A DNA stretch of 61,654 nucleotides, filler included, from Platydemus manokwari (lineage: Eukaryota): the NCBI GenBank assembly GCA_037951405.1. It is 5 parts of 5 records of this genome, joined end to end, with 100 filler letters (N's around TTAATTAATTAA, not from the genome) between each part and the next. Parts side by side here need not be neighbours in the genome. Positions count along the whole stretch, not along the records: positions 12,374 to 21,126 come from JBBMOY011355648.1; positions 21,227 to 32,567 come from JBBMOY010747759.1; 3 more parts are not named here. The stretch is one strand, 5' to 3'. Both the position numbers and the translations under genes were made by a program. Each line of letters starts with the position of its first letter. Within the stretch, counting starts at the first letter, position 1. The notes under the pieces are model-generated. The model did not search any database, had not been told where the DNA came from, and saw only the letters and a list, made by a program, of their open reading frames with translations. Positions 13,440 through 26,742 of this stretch are shown one piece after another.

Positions 13440-14243
13440 GTTACGTCATAAACACCTTCAGGCATAGGATTTATTTAAAAAATTAAACTAATCCGCCAAT
13501 CAATTATTTAAACAAACACAACGTATTTCTTTATTTAATCACGTTATTATCATTTTGTTATTATTAATGTGTGAATTTTATAGTATTTTTAAACCTAAAT
13601 ATCAAGAGAAAATGAAAATATTATATATAGATTCGTACATATCTATAGAATTAAAAAATCATTTAAGTCACATTCGGTTTTATTGATGATAAAGAAAAGA
13701 TTTGGTAAAATCAACAACAGAATAATTCGTGATAACATTGTCTATTATGAAATGATAATGAAGAATATATTGGATTACAAGTGTGATTTATAGTAATCCA
13801 TTTTGAGCACTTGATAGCGTGAAGAACAATATCAGATTGAAGTTTTGTTTTCTTGTTTTGAATTTTGATGTGATTCAAAATTTCTTGAGAACTTATTGAG
13901 TGTAATCTTTGTGGAATCTTATTGATTTGATTTCATATTATTGGCAGCAATTTCAAGATTCTATTATGTTTTTTAGTCCTAATATCATTGAGTAGTAGTG
14001 GGTGACTAATTTTTTTCCACTTCCAATGTTCTTTTTTAAAGATTTTTGCCTTATCCTTGACATTTATTAATTTACAACGTGAAATTTCGATGGAAATTGT
14101 TCTCAAAAATACTCCACTAATTCGACTTATAATTAAAGTTAGATCAAATCTCGAATTTTAACGACACAATTCACTAAAATATGTTCCTATCTAATATTAA
14201 GCATTGATAAGGTTTGACTAAAATTTATTAAAAACACGTAACT
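13439..14243 (-). mobile_element. 5' LTR (about 805 bp) of the gypsy element, AGT...ACT termini
   Basis: Perfect 8-bp terminal inverted repeat AGTTACGT (13439-13446) / ACGTAACT (14236-14243), adjacent to the PBS and gag. Confidence 0.7.
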
Positions 14244-15444
14244 CTACTATGCTGTTGCTATGACAGAATAATGCCTGTGAAGTGAGTTTAATAGAGTTAT
14301 CGATTTAAATTTCTTAATTTTTTCTTATTATTGAAAGACAATTTATATTTAAAAAAAGTTTAATAAAAAAAATTATCATTATTTTAATTATTGCTTTTTA
14401 TCTTAACATTGCGTGAGGAATTGTGGCAGATTCTGTCTCTACAGATTCGGGACTCTACCAATTCAACATTAATCCATTTCTACGAATGATTTCATATTAT
14501 TCAGGGCCTTTTATTAAAATATAAAACTAGTATTGGGTAAAAGTAAAACAACAAGTTTAGTTGATTGATTTGTTATTTCAGAACTTTGAGAACAATAGAA
14601 TCAATAAATGTTGTCATTTTACCCATGGGTTGTATTTCAGACACTTATCAAAACAATGATCTGTCATTCTTTCAGACAATTGTTGCGCGGAAAAGCTAAC
14701 AAAAAATCCAAGTAGCTATTCAAATTGCCTAAACCTATCTTAAGTCTTCAACAAAAAATACAACAAAATGTGAGAGAAAGAACTCTGAAATCATAACAAG
14801 GAGCAATCGATATATTTTTACAATAATTATTTTTATTATGAATATAGTAAATTATTGAAGTAAATGAGATTAGATTCAAATCGTGGCTAGTTTGTATGAG
14901 ATGAAATTATGCAAACCAAAAATTAACTTTAAAATGTGTGCTTGTTTATTTATATTGATCCCATTTTTAAAATTTACCAACTGGAATCCGAATATTTATC
15001 CACAATTTATACAATGTTTTCGACTTTATTTACACATATTTATTAATGATCTAAGAAATTGGCTTACGTTTATAATAGGGGTTCTTTGACCTACTTTGTT
15101 ATAATGAATTTTCGTGTATGCGATAATTTTATACCTTAGTTTTATATATAACTGCGTATAATTCAGTTAATATCTCATTTTTTATGATGCTTAATAGTGA
15201 CAAAACATAGTTTTAAAACCAAGTTCCCATTCTAATCACAACATTTCTATATGATCATTTGAGTTTTTAATTTTGAATTTTTATATTTATAAATAAAGTT
15301 AGTTAATTACAGCCATGTTTAATAATATCATTGGTTATTTTTATAAAAAAAATTGCAAAAATTGGGAATATGATATTACCATTTATGTACTTTCTAAATA
15401 AATTATCTTTTAAATGTTAGCTTATTTTAAAATTCTAACATTAA

Positions 15445-16750
15445 TGTTGGTGTTTGGGGTTGCTTGGTTAATTTTATTATCAGTCTCTATATTCAATATT
15501 TTATTGTGGATCAATGCTGTCTTGATCAGTCTCTGTGAGCTCTGATCAACCCCTTAAGGTACACAAAATTAAACCTTATCTTATAATCTTGTTTCTTCAG
15601 CTCGCTATCATTACTATATGGAGATAGTATGATAGGCAGCAATGATCCAATCGTTATATTTTTATTATTATCAGTCTCAAACACGGTTTATTTTATTCAA
15701 TTCTATCAAAATCAGTCTCAAATTATTTGACAACTCTATCCTATATCCTATCTAATTAACCACGCTACAACTTTCCTTTACAATAAAGTTTATTAACTAC
15801 GAAATATACAACAAAACACAATTATACAACAAATGTTTTGGTTAAAACTACACTATACAGCAAATATAAAAATGACCGAGACGATGACACCTACAACTCC
15901 TGGAAAGAAAACTGTTGCAAATTTCAACTCTAGAAGCCGAACCTTTACCTTTAAGATGTTTTGAGACACAGGTCGATAATATGACAATAACGCGAAATAC
16001 AGTATATAATATTGATTATGATTTTACAGAATCAATCTAACTCACATAGATCAATATAATGTCAAAATCGAAGGGCATATAACACAAGAATTCTTATGGC
16101 AATATGTATCTTCACTTATTCTAGTGGTTTCCTATAATGGGCAGGGCTAGTTGTGATGGTTTTAACTCCGATTTATATGGTTTGAAAGTCGGCGCTTATT
16201 TAATCCTCCCGAATAAAATATTTGGATACATTTTCTGGAAAAATCCCCTCATATTTAATTTATAAAATCCCTTTAATCTTTCCTCTATTATATTTATTGC
16301 CATTAGATTAATCGTATATATAAAATATATTCCATTTTAAATATATATAATATTAAATTGCTATTATATTTTCCCTTTCAGAACTGCAGGCATTTAAAAT
16401 TATTGTTGCATAAAAATATATCGCTACAATTCGATAAAAATAAATTTAACAATATCGCTACAGTGCTGTAAAAATAAAATAAAATAAAATAGTTGCTTCA
16501 TGCAATAGCAACCAAATGTCCCGATTTTTAGCATTATCATAAAAATTTAATCAACTTCAGGCATCGATAAAAGTTACATTTTCCAACGGCTAAAAATCGT
16601 TACAAGACTAATTACTTTTAATACAACCAAATTATAAAAATTATAAATTACTATAATATACATCGACATTTCATACATTCTACTTTTATACATTGAATAT
16701 TGTCACTATTAGACACGATATCGTTATAGTCATTTTGTCAAACCCCAACA
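15445..16750. mobile_element. solo LTR or TGT..ACA-ended non-autonomous element with TTAA TSD
   Basis: Termini TGTTGGTGTTTG / CAAACCCCAACA form an 11/12 inverted match. TTAA flanks both sides (15441-15444 and 16751-16754). No long ORF inside. Confidence 0.6.
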
Positions 16751-16823
16751 TTAATAAAGGGTTTAGTGATATAACCATTATTAGTGGTAGCTACATCGTT
16801 TAAAGTTGGAGATTCGTTAAAAG

Positions 16824-17130
16824 GGTTAAAGTTAGAAAATAGGGTCCTAAAATGAAATTTGAAAATGTTAAAAAATGTGTCCTCGCTAATTTTCAATAAA
16901 TTGCAATTCGATCTACTGCTTTCATTTTTTCAAATAATCAAAGTTAATGAGATTTTGAAGCTCTGGTGTATTTAATATTTGATTTCCAACAACTGAAGTT
17001 CTTCTTAAGTACTTAAATAAAAAATTAAAAATGCTTCTAAAGAATATAATCAAATAAACTATATAGAATTTTGCAATGCTCTCAATAAATTTCAAATTTC
17101 ATTTTAGGACCCTATTTTCTAACTTTAGCC
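16824..17130. mobile_element. MITE (about 310 bp) with about 40-bp TIRs
   Basis: The left end gg(t)taaagttagaaaatagggtcctaaaatgaaatttgaaa is the reverse complement of the right end tttcaaatttcattttaggaccctattttctaacttta(g)cc. Related copies occur elsewhere in the window. Confidence 0.85.
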
Positions 17131-18132
17131 TTAAATTTAACATTTTGTTTTATAAAATTAAAATAATTTTATTATGATATTCAATTTTTTTCTGTTTCGA
17201 TATGCCAAGTACTAACACAACATTACAGTATGCAAATAACCCTCTTTATCTAAAGTTTTTCATTCTATATACAACCCAGTATCGAAATATCAAATTAATA
17301 AACAGGTTTTCCATCAAGCTAAATACCGATGATTGATATCGTGTATGATAGCAACAATTCTCAATCAAACCCACGAACGGTTTTCTCACATTTTGATTTT
17401 CGTCAGTAAAATATAAGCCAAATAAATAACCAAATAAATCCATCATGTTTTTATAACATTTCCCTCGAACACATTTCTAAAAAACACTCCCCAATATACA
17501 TAAATACACAATGACAATCTTCGATTTATTTCCCGAAAATCTTTACTTGATCTTTTCATTTATCGAAACGATCATAGAAAAATTGACCGTTTGACATTTA
17601 CAGCTACAAAGAAAATTGGAAATTTTCTCCTATCAAGCAATTATCATATCACCAAACGAACGATAAACAAAGATTTTTGATTTCAACTTGATTCGATAAA
17701 TTTCTTTCTTTTCTGGTTTTCGCTTCTGTCAGGTTTTTCAAAATTCGTTTCGTTATAATATGAAAATATGCAATTCATTTATAGTACTGGAAAAATAGTG
17801 CAAAAATAGATGAAACGAAATTCATTTGACAAATTGTAAGAAAATCTAGGACAGTTTTATCAATCAATATTATTTCTCTCTTTTTTTCTTACCACTATAT
17901 ATAAACAACTTTTAAAACTACAGATTTGGCATACAAATCTATAAATCTATGTCTGACTAGGCTAAATTTAAAACTGTACTCTGACTAATAAGACACACCT
18001 TTGAAACAGCCAATCAGATTTGAGAAATAGTAAAAACATAGTTTTGAATTTCAGTTAGTCATGCATTTTTGCTATTCATTTTAAAATCAATCGACAAAAA
18101 CAACAAAAACCATAAAAACAACACCAAACTTT

Positions 18133-18397
18133 ATGCCGACTGATCTTCAAGCCAGCTCATCATCGACATCTTCGATTTGTAAACCGAGTTCATTGGATGA
18201 TTCGTATGGATTTGAAAATTCTAAAACTGAATCCAATCTATCGAAAGATTTGATGCAAACTCATCTGAATGGAACTACTAGTCCTTGTTATTGCTGTACA
18301 CCGATTGGATTAAAATGCAATTTCGATGAAGAAGGTAAAAATCGAATCCATTCTGATATTTGTAAAGTTATCTGTTCCAATTACAATTGTGATCAAA
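18133..18397 (+). CDS. HECA: first coding exon of a Headcase (HECA/hdc)-like gene
   Basis: PCYCCTPIGLKC....SDICKVICSNYNCDQS resembles the Headcase N-terminal Cys motif (C.TP..C.....D..KV.C.N..C). A strong donor GTAAGT lies at 18398, and a CCAAT box (agccaatcag) near 18009. Downstream exons were not found before the spacer at 21127. Confidence 0.65.
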
Positions 18398-21126
18398 GTA
18401 AGTAAATTTTTCTAATTGTTTGCCCATTATGCACATACATTTCATACATATAAAGATAAAGAGATAATGTTTATTCTAATATTATGATCTGTACGTATAT
18501 ATAATAATTGATTTTTCGTATCGATTAGTAAAATATCAAAATTTTAGAATTGAGATAAATATTATTAAGGCGATATTTCGACTTTGTGACTTCTCAATCA
18601 CTTTATTCTTCTGTATAATTCATCAACAAATTTATAGTTCAATGATCTATGTTATCCTTTCAAGTTATTACAAAATCATTCGAAAGACTTCCATTCAATC
18701 AAAATAGAATGATTTATCATGTTGTTATAACCTTTACATGGAACCGTGAAAGCGAACAGGTTGAGCAATAAATGTTCTACTAAATAAATAAACCTACAAG
18801 TATATGTATACTGAGAACTATGAGAAATGTTAACATGTTTACACCCTTCACAATCAATTATTAAACGTTTAATATAAATAAAAATAGCAATGAATCCAAT
18901 TGAAACTCTACAGCTTCGTTTCGGGAATTGTTTTTGTTTCCTAATCCAGACTGGATTAAAAAAATGGAATTATTTAAAACAAATTATCCGAAAATCCGAA
19001 TAAATTTGAATGTTATCGAATATGATCATCAAATAAAATATAGACAACTTTTCAATCAGGATATTCCTAAACTGGCATGGCATTATCTAATTATATCTAT
19101 TATAAAATAAACAAAAATAGAAACGGAATGGTGAGGTTAATTACAAGCGCCACTTTTTCATGGGTCTGAAACCGATTTCCATTTCGAGTTGTCTGGCAGA
19201 ATTGTAGAATGAAATAGATTGGTTATTTAGCGTTCTGTTCCAATAATTTTGAAATTGATTTCACCGAAATTCATTTGCTGCTCCAATCAGATTTGATTTG
19301 TTTAAAGAAGTAGCTTGCTTTCCTGATTTTCTTTCGACAGTATTTATTAATTCAAATCCCAATCGTACATTGCTGTAGAGATGAAGGAAATAATATCCAT
19401 TTTTCTTTCCGTTAGCTTATCTATGAATTATTTATTTTGATAAATTCTCAGATTATTTTCATTTTTATTGATTTTTTTATTTTTATAGAATATTTTATTT
19501 TTACCCGTTTGTCATTTTTATAGAATTTTTCTTCTTTATAATAAAGCTTAATAATTACCGAAATAAGTGTTTAATTGTACTATATAAAAAACTATTTATA
19601 ATATATTAAAGACGAACATTCAATCGATCTGCGATATATAATTGTATTTACATGGATATCTACAAACCAAAATAAACAAATCAATAAACCGTTGGCATAA
19701 TTTTATATTATTATCAATTAATGTTATTAGAATGATGTGCAAATGTATTGTTTGCCAATAAATATCTAACATATCAAATACTCGTAATAAATTCTTCTGC
19801 GGTATTGATTTTCTACGTAAAACGTACAGCGTAATTTGTTTGGTGAAAATGCCCCAATAGACAGACGAATTATAATTTCTAAGACACTGTGTTATTTTCT
19901 GCCTTATCTGGGCAGATTAAAAGTATTGACTTGGGGAAATGATTCAATTTTTTGCATAGCGATCGTTTTTGGCAAAGATCCAAAAATAATCTAGTACTAA
20001 CTTTAGCAGAGGAAATAATTTAAAAATAAATCGGCAGCAAAAGGAGTAGGTCATATACATTGCTGAAAACCTAGACGAATTATTTAGATTTATCTCTCCT
20101 GTCAGTGATCATTTTTATCAGATTTTATTCGACATTGGTCCAGTTAGTTAAATTTTCTGTGTGGAGATGACGCGTTAATCAGTCGTTGTCGAATTTTTAT
20201 AAACCTATTTTTATCGATTATTAAAATTTTTTAAATAATCTCGTGTACTAAATCGACATCCGACATCACGAATATGGGGTTGGTAGTCGAATAATTTTTA
20301 TGAACCGGACCATATTAGGAATAATATATCTAATGAGTATTTTCTGCACATAAATTCGATTCCATTGTCATGTCAATTCAAAATCACATGTAAAAATGCA
20401 GTATTATTTAAAAAAATAAGTGATAAAATAGTTTTTTTAGAGCAGAATTTTTTAATAGATAATGAGATAATCAATGTGATTGTGTGTTAACGAGTTGATG
20501 GACCACACACCTTATTTCATAGATCTATACTTATTTTTAGAACTCATTGATTTATTTTACGATAAAGTAGTTCATTGATGAAGAATAATTAAAGGTTGAT
20601 GATTACCGCAAATAAAATCCACGAGAACGAAGCGACATACCTGCATTTCTAAGATTTTTACGTAATTGATAATTCAGATATATGCTTCAAGTTCAGGCTT
20701 TATTTATCTCTATTTATTTGAATGTCGACATATTTAAGATTTGGCGATTCAATTACTTGTAGCTACATTTTTACAATAATAAAAAAAACTTTGAAAAATA
20801 ATATGCTTTCTATGTCTATAAACCACTTTGGAAATTAATAAAATAGTTTTACCAATTTCAAAATCCACGGAAAGAACCAATTGTTCCTTCCGATGAAAAT
20901 ATATTAAATATATATTTAAATTGTCAATGAATAGTGGCATTACAATTATCAATTTTATCATCAAGGTAGTTGTGAGGATTTATAATGAATAGAAATTTCG
21001 AAAAAATTTTAAATCCGATTTTTATGAAATATTAATTTTGAAGAAGTGTAATTAAATTATAATTTGATGTCCTGACTTTTCAGTTCGTTTTTAATGCGTG
21101 CTTTATAGAAGAGTAAGTTTTAGTTA

Positions 21127-21226
21127 NNNNNNNNNNNNNNNNNNNNNNNNNNNNNNNNNNNNNNNNNNNNTTAATTAATTAANNNNNNNNNNNNNNNNNN
21201 NNNNNNNNNNNNNNNNNNNNNNNNNN
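21127..21226. other. artificial assembly spacer
   Basis: N44-TTAATTAATTAA-N44. Confidence 0.95.
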
Positions 21227-21898
21227 ATCAATAATTATTATTTACATTATTAAAACAAAACACTACACAGATATTTAACAACATTATTTTAGCAAGAAAA
21301 ATTTTCCTTTATTATTCCTTATGAATTAGCATAATTTTTGATTTATTTGAAAACTCTTGGCTACAATAATACATTCAACAATTCAATTTCTCATTAGTTC
21401 CGAAACAAAAATAATACCCCTAGTGTGTTATTGATAACAATAATAATGATATATTTAAATTTCTATCATTACTATTTGCTAAATGTTGTATCAGGTTGGC
21501 CCGCCTCATCATCGAGAAAACATTAAAAAGGAAATACATTAAAATACACTCTCGTCTGCCTATCGGGTTATATTGGCACCTGCATCGCTGTATATGATAA
21601 TGCGCCGTATGCTTCTAAATCCGGAAATGTTACCTTTCTCATATCTCTCAAGTTATATTCATTTCAACAAAATAAATATATTAAAGTTCCTGCTCCGATC
21701 TTTATTTTGAATTTGGCAATAGTTGGTGAAAAGTAATTTCTGAACATAGACGTCTTTACAAAGCGACATTGCAGTATAGTTTTAATATATAGGAATATTT
21801 ATTTAAAAATTACTGACTACATCAATACTACTGACTTGTATGACACACATACAGACTATAAATTGAGTTTTATGAACTGGATAATTACGTTGTTTTAT

Positions 21899-22658
21899 TT
21901 ATCCAATATTTGGGGTGGTATGCGATTGATATGCAGCTGACGCACAATCATCCAACAAGAAAGGTGAATACCATTCTTGATATTTATTGCTTATTGGGTA
22001 GCAATTTTGATACCACATTGCCGATTGATCTCTGTTGCCTGTTGACCAGAGGTTTTTGGAATCAATTGAGTAAGGGAAATTAATGTTTTGATAACATGAG
22101 AAATAGTTTTCAAGATTTTCCCACTGAGATGATCCCAACTGCATTCCGTTGACTGGAGGAATCAGAAATTTACTTGTCGACTCAAAGGGTTTTCCAAATT
22201 CATAATTATTAGTTTGATAAGAATTGATATATGTATGATATTGGGCAGCGGTTTCATAATCTCGTGCGAGTTTGCGTGAATAGTTATCATAGGATATCTG
22301 CTCGAACAAACACGGATTAGACAATGTTAGCGATTGATCATTTAACAGTTTCATTTCCTCAGAATTCCACTTTTCATGAAATCTACGCCTTGCATTCATG
22401 AAAAAGTTTGCAATTGTACTCACCTCTAATCCCAATTGGTCCGCAATTGTAGCCTGGGAAACAAAATATTAATATGCATGTACTCAGTATTTGAGATTAC
22501 TTGCATTTCCTTACTGGGCCTCTTGGTCTCTTTAAATATTGCATGTAGAGTTCGTCTTTGGATGTCTGTAAATATTAATCTTGGTTTCTTAACCGAATTT
22601 CGCGATCTTTCATATGACTGAATGGATGATGTATGGTCGCTTTCCTTTCGTTGACAAG
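21899..22658 (-). CDS. onecut: Onecut/HNF6 homeobox gene, last two exons (22658-22501 and 22453-21899)
   Basis: The spliced translation CQRKE..KKPRLIFTDIQRRTLHAIFKETKRPSKEMQ|ATIADQLGLEVSTIANFFMNARRR contains the diagnostic F48/M50 (NFFMNARRR) of Onecut homeodomains. A 47-bp GT..AG intron lies at 22454-22500, with the upstream acceptor at 22659-22660. Confidence 0.93.
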
Positions 22659-25600
22659 CTACATAATGGAGAATGCATGATAAATACTACAAGATTTCAA
22701 TGTTCATTTTCTGTATCTATTTCGAAATAAATAATTATTATTACTTTTATTTTCATTGGAGTCCTTATTTTTGTTCTTATTATTGTTATTACTTTTATTA
22801 TTAATAATACAATTTTTGCTTTTATTAATTGCTGNNNNNNNNNNNNNNNNNNNNNNNNNNNNNNNNNNNNNNNNNNNNNNNNNNNNNNNNNNNNNNNNNN
22901 NNNNNNNNNNNNNNNNNNNNNNNNNNNNNNNNNNNNNNNNNNNNNNNNNNNNNNNNNNNNNNNNNNNNNNNNNNNNNNNNNNNNNNNNNNNNNNTAATAG
23001 AAAATCGATATATTATGAAACAAATAAAATAATATATAATAATAACGATTTATAATAATAATAATAATAATATTCCTGATATTATGATCAATATTATAAT
23101 AATCAATAGAACATTAACTTGATATCTTTTTTCAACATATAAAAGAATATTTTTCTCGAAATATTTATCGCGGAAACTCATCAGATTCATTAAATTCATC
23201 TGATAATTATATATATTCAAGTGTGTACTTTACACCAATATTTTTCATTAAGATGAAATCCCAAAATGATTAAACGTGCCATTTTATTTGCAAACCTATT
23301 TACAATCGTTTCCAATTTATCTCAAGTGGAATTTTTTTATGTTTTTATTTAGAAATATATTTTATTCAAATTGTCATCTTGTTCGGGAGCTCTTTGGATT
23401 TTTATTATTGATTTATTTTATTTTTTTATTTTAATATTTATTATTGATTTATTTCATTTTATATTTTAATGATTATTATTGATTTATTTTATATTTTAAT
23501 AATTATTATTAATTAATAAACGATTAACAAATCATTGATTTAATAAATAAATATTGATTTGCTAATAAATATATTATTAAATAACAGAATACATCGAAGT
23601 ATTGAATGTACAAAACATAAAAGGTAAAGAGCACCTCTAGATTAGATAACAACTCTTTAATAGAACTGAACCAATCATATTTTAGTAAAAATGGAGCAGA
23701 AAATATATCAGATACACACATGTAGTGATCACATAATAAATTGATTAATACCTTATATTGATAAATACAAGCATAGTTCTACAATTTCATGAATTGATTT
23801 AATGGTCGATGTCAAATGAGAACCGTGTGTAAATCGTTGAGTTATCTAGCTTCGAGATTTCGAATCCAAAGGTATATTTTGTCGAAGACATCAATAAAAA
23901 ATTCAGTTAAGAGACTTGCGTTACGAGATCCTCGTTGAATGCAGAGTTTTAAAAATTGATTGATGTTTTAATTGATTTATTATTAAAATGTTTGTGAGCA
24001 TTTGAAATTGAATTAAAATTTTTAATTATTTAACTTTATATAAAATTCAGCGCTATAAATATTTTGGGTAAAAAATTTAAATAATTTGTTTAAATAATTT
24101 TAAATCACCTTTTCTTTATTTGATCACAAATTTTCCAGCATTGCAATTTCACAATGTTTTTATCTGATATTTTCTTTATAGATTTCATTGAGTTGGCTTC
24201 CTAACGAAAATACTCTCGTTATCTTGTGCATTTTCGATTTCAAAAATATTTATTTTAGGACTTAAAAATCAATCAATATTTAATTTAATTTGTTTGAATA
24301 TTTTAATTAAATATACTTTGTGGGTTAAAGTTCTTAAATTTTTGAAACAATACCAGCTGACGTTTTTCGAGTTCCTAAAACTTATTTTGATTAACAACAA
24401 CGCGTTGAATATTTTTTTATTCGTTTCTTTGTGGTCGGTTTGTACTACAATAATGAACTCTATTGTCATAATTATCGATTCGAATAATATGTCAAATCAA
24501 CGAGAAAGAAAATCAATGAAATTGAATGAAAGTCTCACAATTCGTTCTTATAAATTTCATTCATTGACGTCTCAGATCAAACGTCAATTGCTACCAAAAG
24601 AAACCAATTTGAAAAATTTTCGCGAATTGTGGATTCGACAATAGCTATTTAACTATCACACACAATTTATTTGCTTTACGAGCGCTACTGTATGAAATTG
24701 GAAGTAATCAAAAAATTAGTAAGTAAATATTCAAATACGATTATGTAGTAACTGTGTATGGCAGATTTTCAAAACACATCCCTTCCATTTATTTACATTT
24801 GGATTTACATTTTATCCCATTTCAATTCGTTGGGTTATTATAGATAAAATTTTAAAAAGATTTTGTTTTTAATAAATGCTACTTTTTTAAAAGGTATAAA
24901 GAGAAAGTACCAATTATTAACCTGTAGAAAAAAAAGAATATTTTCTAAAAATAATTGAAAATAATACCAATTAGTATTAGAATTATTTTAAAATCAATAA
25001 ATATTTAAATCATCATTTTAAATATAAAATATATTGATGTTAAAAATATAAATGATCTATTTAGTTTGTAGTTAAATAAAGCTTTATGTTGATTTCTAAA
25101 AATTGCTCTCAATGTAATTTTAGTATCAGCTTACATGGTTGTTAAGTATTAGGAATCGAGAAGTCAATGCCAAAAAAATTAAAAAGAAAATAGAAGATAG
25201 AAAGTATAGAGAATAAATATAGAATATTTGATACAGAAAGCAAAAATAATATTTAGATAATTTCAGAATTACATAGAAGAGTAAGAAGAATATCAAAAAA
25301 TTAAGAGGATGGTATGAATTTAAAACCATTGAAAAAGAAAAAAATCTTTATATAATGATTAATTTTATTTGTTTGAATAATTTGGTTTAATGTTAGCAAC
25401 TATATAATATATTGAAAGCAAACAATAAATTGAATTACCAGATAAGCTGGTGTGTAAATAAATAGCCAATAATAAATAATTAACAAAGTAAGCCAACGAA
25501 TAATAAATGGGTTGTGAGTAGATTAATAAATTAGCTTCAGGTCGAACTAAGATTAATAATTATTAATAAATAAAGCAATCACATATTGATTATCGAATAA

Positions 25601-26113
25601 AATAATCATTAATGAAATCTAATAAATCGATAGATTAAGTTATTTACTAAAAATTTATGAGGCAAGTAGAAGTAAATTCATCGAAATTATATAAAAGGAG
25701 AAGCAGAACAATACATGTTGTCATTTCATCAGAAATTACAAAGAGTAAGAAATGTTTATAATCAGCTTTGTTGTCTTTAATATATTGAAATAAGTATTTC
25801 TATTTTATAATATCAGGAGCAATATTCTTTCAGTCTTGCAGTTCTGCATAGTTACTTGTAGAATTGTAATTTGTCACTCACTTCAATTGGGAGACAAATT
25901 AATCCTCGTGCACATTCTAATAAAAGTATATTTTAAACAGAACCTACTTAAATATTCTAAATTACCTGGCAACCCAATTTATAAGCGGAATCAGTTAACA
26001 TGACACGATTTAAAAACCTCAAAACTAAAAGTAGGGGCAATGAAAATGAAAACAATTTGTGGTAAAAATCGTTCATATATAATTCAATTGATGAATATAT
26101 TTTATAGACAATA

Positions 26114-26742
26114 TCGAACCGATACTATTTGAAAAACCAACTGAAAAATCAAGACACCAAATACCTATTAAAACAAATAAATTTAATTTTATATAAATAT
26201 GATTTCATATAAATTAGAATTAGATTTTAATTAAAAATTCAATTCATAGCAAAATATCTCCCACCCCCCTTTCTTTAAAATCTTCGATTTTGTTAATTGT
26301 CTCTGTATCGAATACTCTACATCTTTCATTACACGAAAACTCTAATCAGTCTATCTTTTAATATCTTGTTTTACATATCCATTATCTCTTCATTTGATAT
26401 CTTCTCTTATATTTTCTTTATATCTTCTTTTATATCCACTTTTAATCTCTTCTACAACTTCTTCATATCTTCCTATATATTAGATTCTCAATTTAGTCTC
26501 AGTATTTTCCTCTTTCCTTTCTATTATTTTCAGTCGTTCATCTTTTCAGAATCGAATCCAGATGCGTAGTCGCCATGTTAGCCGTTACTATTTTAAAACC
26601 CATACATTAGAAACAAACTGAAAAGTCAAGACAACAAAAATCTATGTTAATACAAATATTTAAACAAAATAATTTTAATTTTATATAAATATGATTTGAT
26701 ATAAAATTAAAATTGAAAATTTAATTTATTTAAAATATCTCA
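26114..26742 (-). mobile_element. candidate TRIM (miniature LTR retroelement)
   Basis: Diverged direct repeats at about 26114-26261 and 26576-26742 (the latter TG..CA). The minus-strand PBS TGGCGACTACG directly follows one repeat and the PPT AAAGAAAGGGGGGTGG directly precedes the other. The interior is about 300 bp and non-coding. Confidence 0.65.

Noticed and set aside
25860-26030. Minus-strand segments with good GT/AG sites, considered as upstream Onecut exons
   Set aside because: No joined frame stays open and there are no CUT motifs. They may be UTR exons but this cannot be supported.
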